Positions 1 to 11,240 of a DNA stretch of 64,000 bases are shown one piece after another. The DNA is from Schmidtea nova (taxonomy: Eukaryota), in assembly GCA_044892505.1 (NCBI GenBank), contig CM097882.1, forward strand, positions 85,746,001 through 85,810,000, given 5' to 3'. Within the stretch, counting starts at the first letter, position 1, and every line of letters begins with the position of its first letter. The translations under genes were made by a program, and so were the position numbers. The notes beneath the pieces were generated by a model, which was not told the DNA's origin, did no database searches, and saw only the letters and a program-made list of their open reading frames with translations.

Positions 1-80
1 ACGTGGAGAACGCATTCATGATATAAAACCTCGGTTGTAGAAATTTAGCATGTTTGCTGAAGGAAGATTACGATTTTATC

Positions 81-1277
81 TTACAAATTCGTAAAAATAT
101 AAAAGAAAATAATTACAGAAACTGATTCAGTCAATGGTGTACCAAATTTAATATCAAGTCTTAGATTACCTTGTTGAGGTAATTGACTTTGATTTAGATC
201 AAAATCTAGAGCCAAAACGAAGGTGAAAAAAGGATATTTGGTTTTCCAATCTGATAATGAAATACCACAATTCATACTCTTATTCAGGTAACCAAGGTTA
301 CGGATAATAGATTGCATATAACTAGTACTACAATTATCATTTTCAAAATCTTGAGAATATTTTTCACGATAATCACTTCCTTTTGATAAAGTTAATGATT
401 TGACATTAAAATGATCGTAAATAGAATAAGTTTCAGTAAAAGAACCACTATGTCTTTTATTTCCTTGAAATGCTACAAGAATAAAGTTTGGTAATCGTCT
501 ATCACCAAAGATTTGTTCCTTATAAAAAGAAGAAGAACCCATTGGCAATGAAAATTCTACAACTTCCTTATTTCTTATTGGATAAATTGCATTTCTTGTA
601 CCAAGTCCAATTTGATGCCCAGCCAAAACTGATGGTTCAACTCGAACTCTTCTAACCATTAATTTCGCCTCTAATAATTCAATTATAGGTTCAATTTTTG
701 TACATGTTAAACTATTGGATGGATTTGATTTTGTCAAATTAATTTGAACACTAAAACCTGGTAATAAATACTTGGGTTGTTCCATGAAATCAAAATGTAA
801 TGGAGAACAAATTGAAAATGGTTTTGATTTTGCAATCCATGTTTTTCTAGTAAGATCATGGTCATTGTATCCCATTGGAGTTAAAGATGTGTGTTTTGTA
901 TCACTATTGTAGTTGAGAATAGTTTCAATCATGGCTTTGTGTGTAAATGTATCATTTCCTCCTTCACCTTTAGTAGAATTGAAAATTAATTCGGCTTCTT
1001 TAAAAAGAGTTTGGAAAAAGAAATTGTTGGAAGTAACATCAGCATCCAATCCTAAATTTTCACCCGATTTGTTTACAACTTTGACCTGAAGAGATAGTAA
1101 AGTATCGTTCAAATCTAAATATTCAGTTTGAGATCCGTTGATGTAAAATTGAATAGATGATGTTCCAGCATCTGTAATTGAATTTGTTGGGTAAATATCT
1201 TCAAATGCACCATGTTCAATTACTGCTTGTGGAGACGGTCTATCAAAAAGACATAATTCAGATTTTGCACTAATCAT
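81..1277 (-). CDS. Polinton major capsid protein (double jelly-roll, PY/hexon-like)
   Basis: N-terminus KSELCLF..PSPQ..IE...E.IYP, then YLDL..T.L...VKV and C-terminal GNLRLDIKF..PL, all characteristic of Polinton MCP. The extreme C-terminus (FFYIFTNL) looks altered or truncated. Confidence 0.9.
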   Translation of the reverse strand: MISAKSELCLFDRPSPQAVIEHGAFEDIYPTNSITDAGTSSIQFYINGSQTEYLDLNDTLLSLQVKVVNKSGENLGLDADVTSNNFFFQTLFKEAELIFNSTKGEGGNDTFTHKAMIETILNYNSDTKHTSLTPMGYNDHDLTRKTWIAKSKPFSICSPLHFDFMEQPKYLLPGFSVQINLTKSNPSNSLTCTKIEPIIELLEAKLMVRRVRVEPSVLAGHQIGLGTRNAIYPIRNKEVVEFSLPMGSSSFYKEQIFGDRRLPNFILVAFQGNKRHSGSFTETYSIYDHFNVKSLTLSKGSDYREKYSQDFENDNCSTSYMQSIIRNLGYLNKSMNCGISLSDWKTKYPFFTFVLALDFDLNQSQLPQQGNLRLDIKFGTPLTESVSVIIFFYIFTNL

Positions 1278-1662
1278 TTTTCAAATATTGTTCCATATCC
1301 TTTCATTCTTTTGTTTATATGTTTCTTCATATTTCTTTTACGTTTAAGAATTCCGCCATTTTGTTTATTTTCAGTTTTATTTTCGTTAAACACATCAGTC
1401 ACTTTATTAATTACTTGTGGCAAATGATGAATCACATCAGGTAATGAATCTTTAATTTCAGAAATGGCATTGGATTTTAGTGCAGGTAAAATCTTTGAAT
1501 TATTATTTATCACGTCATTGGCAGTTGGTAAGTAAGAATTGGTAATGCAAATCTACCTATCGTTTTCAACCAACCAGTTCCATATTGCTTACCTACAAAA
1601 TACGGTAATTCTCCATCTGATTGACTGTTGCTATAGAAACTGATAATATCTGGATTAATCAT
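1274..1662 (-). pseudogene. Polinton basic core protein precursor (pVII-like), frameshifted
   Basis: ATG at 1662 gives MINPDIISFYSNSQSDGELPYFVGKQYGTGWLKTIGRFALPIL. A frameshift near 1530 leads into ORF 1274-1513, ending QNGGILKRKRNMKKHINKRMKGYGTIFEK. QxGxG/xxGG motifs and a basic tail fit protease-processed core proteins. Confidence 0.65.
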
Positions 1663-2676
1663 TTATTTTACGGAAATGTAATGCCAAGTAAGTTTTGTCT
1701 TCTTTTGCAAATTTAACTATTTTTCCACTGTCATCACGAATATTGATTTCAATATTGTTTATATATGTGGAACTGACCGGTAAATACATTGGATTTTTCT
1801 CAACAATTTGAACTAAATCACCCTTTTTATGTTTTTCAACCCAAACACATTTCAATAGGGGAACTGACATGTCACCAACAAGAATTGGTTGAATAATATT
1901 CGTATAGATGAACATTTGCTGATGAAGTTTTAAAAGTTGTGAATAATATACGCCATCAATAATTTTGTCAAAGAATTCTTGTTCAACTAATCCTAATGAA
2001 TTTGCTAAATTCCTACTAAATTTTACACTAGTTATATCATCTTCAAGAATTAATTTAATTAATTTTTCTTCTTTAATATCAATCACTTTAAATGGATGTG
2101 GATAAAAAGTTTCAATTTGATCTGATAATTCAGTAAGATTATTTATTATTAAATCGTCTTTGAAATTATCTGTGTATTCAACAGGATAAGTATAAGTTAT
2201 AGTAAATCGTATAGTATCATCAAGTTTTTTATTTTCATTTGGTGGAATTTCAATTTTGTTTAATTCATCATTAAATGTCACAGCTTTTTCTTGAAACCCT
2301 AATTTTTTAGCTTCATCAACATATCAAATATTATTTGAAATGGAAAATATTTACAATTTACATTTAAAATATTGCCATCAATATACATCAAATAATAATT
2401 AGAATCGTGACTTATATCATATTCTTTCTTTTGCTGGTTAAAATTGAAATATTCATAACTAGAATGTAATTCATTTCTAATAAATTTTATACTTGAACTA
2501 TTATAAAACGGAAATTCATTGTATACAAAAGTAAAATCCATAAGAGCAACTTCCCAACTACCATTCAAATAAATTGGGTTTTGATATTCAACATTGAATT
2601 TTCCAGCTTTATTATTAAGATGTGTCAATGGGCAAGAATTGCTTGGTAAATTAACATAAAAATCTTTTTTAATCAT
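1655..2676 (-). pseudogene. Polinton minor capsid protein (penton), one frameshift
   Basis: ORF 2299-2676 has FYVNLPSNS...WEVAL. ORF 1655-2281 has FIYTNII.P..VGD..VPLL and INNIEINIRDDSGK...LHFRK. A 1-nt deletion near 2322 joins them (IFD-VDEAKKLGFQEKAVTFNDE). Confidence 0.85.
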
Positions 2677-2780
2677 TTATTTTACGAAAATGTAGAGTCA
2701 AATGAGTCTTTGTATCTTTTGAAAATTTAATTAATTTTCCACTGTCATCGCGAATATTGATTTCAATGTTGTTTATAGTT
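2669..2780 (-). pseudogene. C-terminal remnant of a second, paralogous penton gene
   Basis: Translates INNIEINIRDDSGKLIKFSKDTKTHLTLHFRKIND*, versus INNIEINIRDDSGKIVKFAKEDKTYLALHFRKIND* in the downstream penton. Confidence 0.85.
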
Positions 2781-2789
2781 GATGGTGAA

Positions 2790-3578
2790 ATCGAAAATAT
2801 AAAAGTTTTTAAAATTAACTTCATTTAAAAAATTAATNNNNNNNNNNNNNNNNNNNNNNNNNNNNNNNNNNNNNNNNNNNNNNNNNNNNNNNNNNNNNNN
2901 NNNNNNNNNNNNNNNNNNNNNNNNNNNNNNNNNNNNNNNNNNNNNNNNNNNNNNNNNNNNNNNNNNNNNNNNNNNNNNNNNNNNNNNNNNNNNNNNNNNN
3001 NNNNNNNNNNNNNNNNNNNNNNNNNNNNNNNNNNNNNNNNNNNNNNNNNNNNNNNNNNNNNNNNNNNNNNNNNNNNNNNNNNNNNNNNNNNNNNNNNNNN
3101 NNNNNNNNNNNNNNNNNNNNNNNNNNNNNNNNNNNNNNNNNNNNNNNNNNNNNNNNNNNNNNNNNNNNNNNNNNNNNNNNNNNNNNNNNNNNNNNNNNAA
3201 ATTAATAAAAATAAAAATTATAAAAATAAAATAAAAATAATTAAAATTAATATAAAATAAAAATAAATTTAAAATTAATTAAAATAAATTAAAAAATAAT
3301 AAATTAAAATAAAAATAAAGACTTCATTTAAAAAAAGTAATAAAATTAAATTGACTTCATTTAAACAAAAAAATTAAATTTAAAAAATCACTTCATTTAA
3401 ACAAAAAAAATTAAAAATTAACTTCATTTAAACAAAATAAAAAATTTAAAAAAATCAAATAAACAAAATTTAAAATTTAAAAATTTTTTAGGGGGGGGGG
3501 TAAAATTTTTTTTGGGGGGGGGTAAAAATTTTTTTTAGGGGGTCTGTTTCTGTTCTTGGGCGCTCCCCCTACTCTACT
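2790..3578. repeat. Polinton TIR/subterminal region with ACTTCATTTAAA(C)AAAA repeats and G-runs, interrupted by an N-gap
   Basis: Repeated acttcatttaaa units at 2817 and 3320-3435, G-runs at 3491-3541, terminus CTACT at 3578. Confidence 0.7.
2838..3198. other. assembly gap
   Basis: Run of N. Confidence 1.
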
Positions 3579-3759
3579 AGAAATAATTAATTTCAGTTTA
3601 CCATTTTAATTAACAAATTTACTTGTTTTGCCAATAAATAAGCTTTTATAGGACATTTGAATAAGATTTCATGAAATAGAACAATAATTTCGCATGTATT
3701 TTTTTCAATCGAATGCTTAGAAAAAGCGAACAGCATTTAAACTTATTAAAGGTTAAACA

Positions 3760-4700
3760 AACTTTTAAACAAATATAATATTCTTTCCCATTTATTGTTA
3801 AAGTTTTTTAATATAATTTAAAAATTTTTAAATCAGTTTCTCCTTTACACATTTTTCTATGCTCAATAATATTACTCACACTTTTCAATCGGCTATGTTC
3901 CTGAACCCGTGTGCGGAGATGACGGGAAGTCTCTCCAATGTATGTGGCATTGCATACATTACAAGAAAACATATACACTAGATCAGAAACTAAACCTATT
4001 GGAGTTTGAGATTTATTACTAAACATATTTACTGATTTTAAAGACTTTGACACTATGTTAAATATGTTAGAATTTCCTAAGGATTTCATTATAGAACACT
4101 TAAAGTTTTTAAAACCTTCCGAATATGGAATTACTAAAATGTGCGTTTTTAAATGTTCACTATCATTAGACGGACTACCATTTCTAATGCTTTCATCAGG
4201 ATCAATCAATAGCCGATCAATGGTTTCCTTAGTCAGTCTTTCTACAAAAGCCTTTAAATATCCATTTTTTTCAGTAGAGAAACAAGTTTATGTATACTTT
4301 TGTTAGATTTTTCAAAAGTAGAAGATAATGACCACGATCTAAAAATCAAACCCTTTATCATATTTTTATTATATTGATGAAGGTCATATTGACGATCAAC
4401 AACCCACCAATTATTTAATAAATATTGTTTGATAAATATTATATTACCAAAAAGTACCCTTCCCGAATTCTCTAACCTGCCTCTCTTCAAATTCAAAAAG
4501 CAGATAAAACTCAAATTAAAGAAGCAGATAAAAGAGAAATTCAAATAGACAGCAGTTTTTACCAAGATGAACATCAAATCAATTCTAAGCATTCAAATCG
4601 CAACGCTGAAGAAAATTTATTTAAATAAATGTTATTTATCGTTGGTAATTTATTTCAGAGTTGCCACATTTATTATACTTGATTTATGAACTTGATCAAT
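3760..4700 (-). mobile_element. Penelope-like retroelement 3' fragment (RT tail plus GIY-YIG endonuclease), decayed
   Basis: ORF 3808-4209 has LVYMFSCNVCNATYIGETSRHLRTRVQEH, a PLE-type GIY-YIG. The upstream frame has K.MIKGLIFRSWSLSS, like the PLE thumb region. Confidence 0.82.
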
Positions 4701-5821
4701 CACCTTGCAATAGTTTAATAAACTGCTAATTATACACAATAATATTATATGAATCTTATTGGTTTTAAGAATACATATAAATTCAATGAGAAACTATTAA
4801 AATTTTATTTTTTCCCAGACAATAGATGAAAAGTCTTTCCTATTCGAAACGATTTTTTGAATTATTTCTGAAAAAATGAAATCGAAAAAAATCAAGAGAA
4901 GAAAATTAAAGACTTTTATGTTATTAAAAGTTAATAAATAAAAATTATATAAACAACAGATTGTCATTTATAAATTGAGTGATTGAAAACATAGCCCAAT
5001 TCTATGTATATTCAGTTAAAAGTAAAAATAGATCAACAAATCATCGAAACAGTCGATTATTCAATCCTTAAAAATAAAATTATAAATCCACATCTCAGAG
5101 GAAAATGAGAACAATAGACAGATCAATTATTCTAGTTAGAAGACTCTAGATAGAAGAAAAGAAAATATCGAGCTCAACCGAATCAAGTTCAACAAATATA
5201 AAGAAAGATACCCATAACATAATAATAAAGTCGATCAAACTCTAAAGTCAATCAAATCCAGAAACAAACTTATGAAATCAAAGAAAAACCCACTTGAATG
5301 TAGGTATCATCAATCTACCAGATCAGAATCAAAAAGAGATAGTACCAACCCAAAACCTTATTAAAAGAAAACAGATATCAGTAGATGAACCGAATATCCC
5401 ATACGGGTGACAAATCATGATACAATGATCTAAATCTTAGTAATTCGAGACTCAGATAACAGTCAACTTATAAATTCGAAATAGAACCAAAAAATAAAGA
5501 AACATAATATCCATTCTTTAAAAGACGAGATTATCCAAAAGTAAAAAACATTGTATATTGTAATAAATTACAATTTTAATGTATCAAAATATAATTAAAA
5601 CATTTTAATTCAATTATATATGTAGATGCCCGATTACCTCATGCAAACACAGCTTGTCTTAAAAGTATTTTGACCTTAATCGGTCATTTAAATTCTAATA
5701 TGTATTTTATAGGTCCCTGTCTGTCTGGCAATGTGGCTTGAGTTCGCTCGGGTTGATTGTTTGGTCAAAAAGGAAAATATTATAGGAAGCTAATTCAATC
5801 ATGCATTGATTTATCAATGAC

Positions 5822-5930
5822 TGTATAAAGAAGAATATTTTAAAATAATGATTTTTAAAAGAAAAGAAAGTTGTTTAAATAAGTAGATTTATTGAATGAA
5901 TAAATATTTAAATTATCTTATTATCTCACA
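5822..5930 (+). repeat. 5' LTR (109 bp)
   Basis: Direct repeat of 9228-9336 with TG/CA ends. Confidence 0.95.
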
Positions 5931-5942
5931 AGCTATCCGGGC
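5931..5942 (+). promoter_or_regulatory. Candidate primer-binding site complementary to nt 1-12 of tRNA-Lys(UUU)
   Basis: AGCTATCCGGGC directly follows the LTR. Its reverse complement GCCCGGATAGCT is the conserved 5' end of animal tRNA-Lys(UUU). Confidence 0.65.
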
Positions 5943-6610
5943 ATGATAAAAGATATATTGAGTGCAAAAGAATGTGTTGACGGCGAAAATAAGAAAATCA
6001 ATGAATGGTTCGATAAGTTTGAATTAATATGCAAGCTTCACAAGTTCAAAGGAAAAAAAGAAATTTTACCTGCTGTCATGAAGGAGAATGTATTTATCAC
6101 TTTGAAGGAAGCTGCGAAAAACGAAGATATTAGTTATGAAGAAATTAAAATATCATTGATACGAGCTTTCAGCGATCCCCCAGAAGCATGTTTCTCCAAG
6201 TTGTTAAATAAGAGATTCCAGATTGGAGACAATATTAACATTCATTTATCAAAAATGAAGGATCTGGCTTTTAACGCTGGATATCTATAATACACATTGT
6301 AATCAACTCCTTGCCAGTAGAAATCGCCGCTGAGGTGAGACGACAAGGATCAACGACGATCGACGCAATTGGTGACATCGTTTAACGTCTGAATCTAGCT
6401 CATGGATATCAGTCTGCCTTTGCAGCGAAAATAAAGAAGGTACAATGTTATATTTGTAACGAAAACCATTTAGCCCGTAACTGTCCGAACAAGAAAAAAA
6501 TTCAATGTTCTAGGAGTGAAATGCTCGGACACCAATCCCGATATTGTAAATCGGGAAAAGACAAAAGGATCGAGAATATTCAGGAGCATCTCTCGATCCC
6601 AAAAAGATGT
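5943..6610 (+). pseudogene. gag with two zinc-knuckle motifs (stops/frameshift)
   Basis: EWFDKFELIC.. N-terminus; CYICNENHLARNC and a degenerate C.R..MLGHQSRYC at 6442-6545. Confidence 0.8.
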
Positions 6611-9213
6611 TAAAAGAAAGACTACTTTCCATAAATGGATCAAAACGGCTCTGTCTTATAGATTCTGGCTGCTCGACAACAATTATACGCGGAGAAGCCA
6701 TCACATCACCCAACGCTCAAGTATTCCTAGCAAATGGATCGATACCGCCTGTGAGCCAGAGCAAGGCAGAAATCGAATTAAAAGGAAAGTACTTTATCAT
6801 TGACTGTTTCATTTCTAGAAAAATGATAGCGGGATATTACGTCATATTAGGTATGAACGCCATTATAGCCCTAGGAGGAATGACAATCAGTGAAGACGTC
6901 AGATTCGGATGTGAATTAAAATGTTTGATGCCTGTAAACGGAAACGAAGCTCAGAGTTTTTTAATTCAAAGGAAGAACTTTGAAGCAAAGTTCAACAAAG
7001 AATGGACGGTATCATGGAATTAGAACACAGAACCTCCAGAATCAATAACAGATCGATACTCCAAGTTAGATCCAGATAAGCCCAAAGCAGGCCAGGCACT
7101 GAAAGTCATCGAGCAGTGGATCAATTAGTCGAGTATGATGAAAACCGGTTCGGTAAGCCTGATGGAGCAGTAACTTTATTTCCGGTTATACAAAAGAACA
7201 AGATCAAGTTACGGCCAGTGTTCGATTTTAGAGCTTTAAATCATTATTTAGACATCTATAGTGGAGAAGAAGTAGTTTGCAATGAAACAATAAGAGATTG
7301 GAGAAAGAAAGGAAAGAAAATTGCAATTTTGGATTTATCTGATGCGTACATGCAAATCTGGGTTGATGAGAGTATGTGGAAGTACCAGTCATGCATTGTA
7401 AACGGAAGGCGATATGCATTGACAAGAGTAGGCTTCAGAATCAATATCGCTCCCGGTATTATGACAGAGATCGTAAATTACGTGTTGGGTTTAAATGACA
7501 GAATAAAACAAGGAGCCAGTGCGTACATAGACGATATTTTTATCGACGAAGAAGTTGTCCTAGCTGAAGAAGTAAAAGCCTGGCTAGGTAAATTTAATTT
7601 GATGACGAAAGAAATTGAACGCCCCTCATCAACAAAAGCTCTAAGAATACTCGGATTAACAGTTCATATTGAGGATAACGTATTAAAATGGAACCGGGCC
7701 AATGTCATCCAGTACGAATTTGAAGAAAAGAAAATGGACAGACGAGAAATGTATTCATTATGCGGTCAATTAACCGAAATTCTTCCAGTTGCAGGTTGGT
7801 TACGACCCGCGTGCTCTTATCTCAAACGATTAGGCGAAGGAGAATGGGACCGGTCAATCGACGTACAATTACTAGAGAAGGTCAAATGGTTAATGACGGA
7901 GGTTAAAAAGAATGATCCGGCTCATGTTATATGAAAAGCCCCAATGGACAGAGGAAACATTTTATGGTGTGATGTCAGCTCTATCTCCATAGGAGCAGCG
8001 CTAGAAATCGACGGAAATATCATGGAAGGCACATGCTGGTTGAGAAAGGAGAAGGACGTTAGGCACATTAACCTGTGCATCAAATGGAATTTAAAGACTG
8101 TAAAGATCATGTCGGATAACAAATCCGTGGTATGTTAGGTGCATAAGGCCTTGAAATCCGAGAGTAAGGTTTCAACTAAAGCTTTCTTAAAATGTTAGTA
8201 AAAAAAAGGCTCAACATTATTACAAAACTAATTATTGAATATGAGATAAAGGCTGAAATAGAATACGTTCCAACAGACAAAAATAAATCCGACATATTAA
8301 CCAGAATTCCCTCAAATTGGATTACGAAACATACGTGTAACACGGCGTTACTAGCCCTGGGTGACGATCCCATCAAGAACGCAGTTGAAATACACAAATT
8401 AAGCCATTTCGGAGGAGACCGGTTGAGGTTCTTGACTGAGGAAGCAGGAATTAATCTTTCTCAAAATGAGTTAAAAGAGATTGTCGAGATGTGTGACAAA
8501 TGTCAATTAATAGACCCTCATCCGGTTAAGATCAGCAAAAGGCAATTAAAGGTAAAAGATTCTTGGAAACGATTAGCTATCGATGTGACTAAATTACATT
8601 AAAAAAACTTTTAACAATCATAGATTGCGGGCCTTCTCGATTTGCGATTTGTCGAGAAATGCGAAACAAAGCGCAGACGAAATTTGCAAACAGTTGGAAC
8701 AGGAATTTTATGAAAGAGGACCTCCTGACGAGCTTCTGTTGGACAATTACTTATCGTTTAGGTCAGAAACTTTCACTTCTCTAATGAAAAAGTGGAGAAT
8801 TAGAACTGAATTCAGATCCGCTAATAGACCAGCAGGCAACGGCATTATTGAGAGGAACTATAAAACAATAAAAGCTGCAGTCATGCGATCGGAATACTCA
8901 GTGCAAGAAGCAATTTACTGGTACAATAATACACCAGTAAATGGTTCTTTCAGACCCCCGATAAAAAGCATTTACGCTTATGACCTAAGACTTCGATTTA
9001 ATGAAACGAAAAAATGGATCAACAAATAGACAATGGCTTTCAGATAACGACAAGGTATGGGTGAAACCCGCACAAAATCAACCATGTACATCTTCCTGGA
9101 CAAGAGGAAGAATCATGAAGCTGCTGTCTCCGCATAAAGCAATTGTCGATTACGGAACTGTGGCAATGCTGCGTCATGTAGCCGACTTGAGGCACAGGAA
9201 TGAAGATTTGTAA
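6607..9213 (+). pseudogene. pol: protease, RT, RNase H, integrase (fragmented)
   Basis: CLIDSGCS (PR); LRPVFDFRALN, LDLSDAYMQI and YIDD (RT); LWCDVS (RH); H..HFG/C..C, AIDV, LLDN and NGIIER (INT). Confidence 0.92.
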
Positions 9214-9227
9214 GAATCTTAGGGAGA

Positions 9228-9336
9228 TGTATAAAGAAGAATAATTTAAAATAATGATTTTTAAAAGAAAAGAAAGTTGTTTAAATAAGTAAATTTATTT
9301 AATGAATAAATATTTGAACTATCTTATTATCTCACA
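9228..9336 (+). repeat. 3' LTR (109 bp)
   Basis: Direct repeat of 5822-5930. Confidence 0.95.
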
Positions 9337-9429
9337 ACTAACTTTTAGCACTCTATCAGCACCTCAGTAAATTGACTAATATTTAAAGAAATTACAGAAA
9401 TATCTTGAACTAGTAAGATATGTCCCATC

Positions 9430-10140
9430 ATAGACAGGTCAACCCCCGTTAGAAATATTTTTTATGTAGATCAATTTAAGAATACTTTAAAGTCAGTTTT
9501 TCGCTCAAGGTCACTTTTAAAACACCTAAAGGTCAAAATTTCACTCAAGGTCACTTTAAGGTCAATAGAGTAAGTCAATGTCGAATTAAGGTCATTTAAA
9601 GGTGAATTTAGGGTCAAGTTTATGATTTAAGAAACCTTTAAGTAAAAAAAGTAGGTCAAGGTCGAATTAAATATACTTTAAGGTCGTTTTACGGTGAACT
9701 TTAGGTCAAATAAAGTGGTCATATATCAAAACTAAAAAATTATAATTTAAGATCAATTTAAGGTCAAATTAAGTATGTCACATATTAAAAAATATTTAAT
9801 TTATTTTAAAGGTTAAATTAATTAAGTGGTTAATGAAAAATTTATAATTTATTTTAAGAACAAATTAAGTAGGTCATATATGAAACTAAAATATTATAAT
9901 TAAAAGTCAAATATTAAAAAATATAGTGTATCTTAAGTAGGTCATATAAAAAAACTAAAATATTATAATTAAAGGTCAAATAAAAGAGGTCATATATTAA
10001 AAAAATATAATTTATTTGAAAGGTAAATCAACTACGTCATATATGAAAAATATATAATTGTATTTTAAGGACAAATTAAGTAGGCCATTTTAAGTAAGAC
10101 TTATATATTTTAAAAACTAAAGTTTAAGTAGGTCATATAT
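9430..10140 (+). repeat. Degenerate minisatellite rich in RGGTCA
   Basis: I count 15 exact AGGTCA/GGGTCA hexamers, all on the + strand, plus near-matches. Confidence 0.8.
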
Positions 10141-10197
10141 GAACTCTATCCGACGTTTGTAAATTTTGTTTTAATTTTTATAAAAATTTTAAGTCAA

Positions 10198-10200
<3 letters not shown>

Positions 10201-10244
<44 letters not shown>

Positions 10245-10258
10245 TAATAATAAAAATA
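10201..10258 (+). repeat. (AAT)n microsatellite
   Basis: Direct reading. Confidence 0.95.
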
Positions 10259-11240
10259 ACCAATTTAATTCGTGTCACAGTAAACCTATATTCAATGTCA
10301 CTATAGATAGTGAATTTCGAAGAATTTACGTAAAGTTAATTCAATGAAAAATTTAAAAGAATTATTTTAAAATTAGATTAATTCTTAAAGAAAAATGGAT
10401 TACTTTACATCCAAAGAGTAATTTCCAGCTTCGCTACTTTTTCTGATTAAAAAGGAACCATGCTGTTTGTTTGTCAACATTTTAATAGATTCTTTTTTTG
10501 TAATATTTTCACTAAACCAATTTGATTTAATATTGATAGGATTATTTAAATTCGTAGCTTGGTTATTGCTGAAAAATACAAAAATTATGGAACAAAAAGG
10601 TTCTGTTTAAAACAAGTTAAAAATACAAGATCTGTCATTTCGATTTGATAAATGACACTGCACAATATTTATTATATTATCACTTAATTAACAATAGAAG
10701 GATGTGACCCAGTGGATCTCAATTTTATCACTAACAAAACAATCCAACTATTCCCGGCAAAATATAAGTCGGGAATTTTCCATGGATGATGACATCGGGA
10801 ATAGGATAATAAATTGTATATTCAATGAACCGTACTTAGATAATTACACAAACCATTATTAAATATTAAAAAATGTTTTTAATGAAAATATAATTTAATT
10901 AATAAAATAAAATAAATATTAATAATATAATTAATAATATTATATATTATCATATATAATATAATAATTAATAATATAATAAAATTGAAAATTAAAATAA
11001 TGCAGGGCCGGCTGTTGGTTTGATACATGAACGTAATTTTATCAATTCATTTAATGAAATATTTATTTCTTCAATATATACATACATAAACATAATATTT
11101 TTTATTTCTATTTCGTATACAGGTATACAAGTATAATACGCACCATTATTTTTGCTGACTAAAATGTGAAAAAAAGTGCGTTTTATAATCAAGATATTAC
11201 AATTCATCGATATTAAAACTGCTGGGAAAAACCTGCATTA

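Larger units (their letters stand above)
1..3578 (-). mobile_element. Polinton/Maverick (adintovirus-like) end: capsid module plus terminal inverted repeat, internally deleted; continues beyond window start
   Basis: Penton, core-protein and major capsid ORFs run in tandem on the minus strand. The element ends at ...CTACTCTACT (3578), i.e. 5'-AGTAGAGTAG on the other strand, the AGT-type terminus typical of Polintons. Confidence 0.88.
5822..9336 (+). mobile_element. Ty3/Gypsy LTR retrotransposon, full length but pseudogenised
   Basis: 109-bp TG...CA LTRs differing at 5 positions; domain order gag-PR-RT-RH-INT; PPT AGGGAGA before the 3' LTR. No matching TSD seen. Confidence 0.95.

Noticed and set aside
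4178-4200. Minus-strand CTGATGA...GAAA hammerhead-like string
   Set aside because: Stem II and stem I do not pair, and it lies within the PLE coding frame (DPDESIRNG).
5712-5790. KH-like G.KG string after a splice acceptor
   Set aside because: Too short, with two in-frame stops; cannot be supported.
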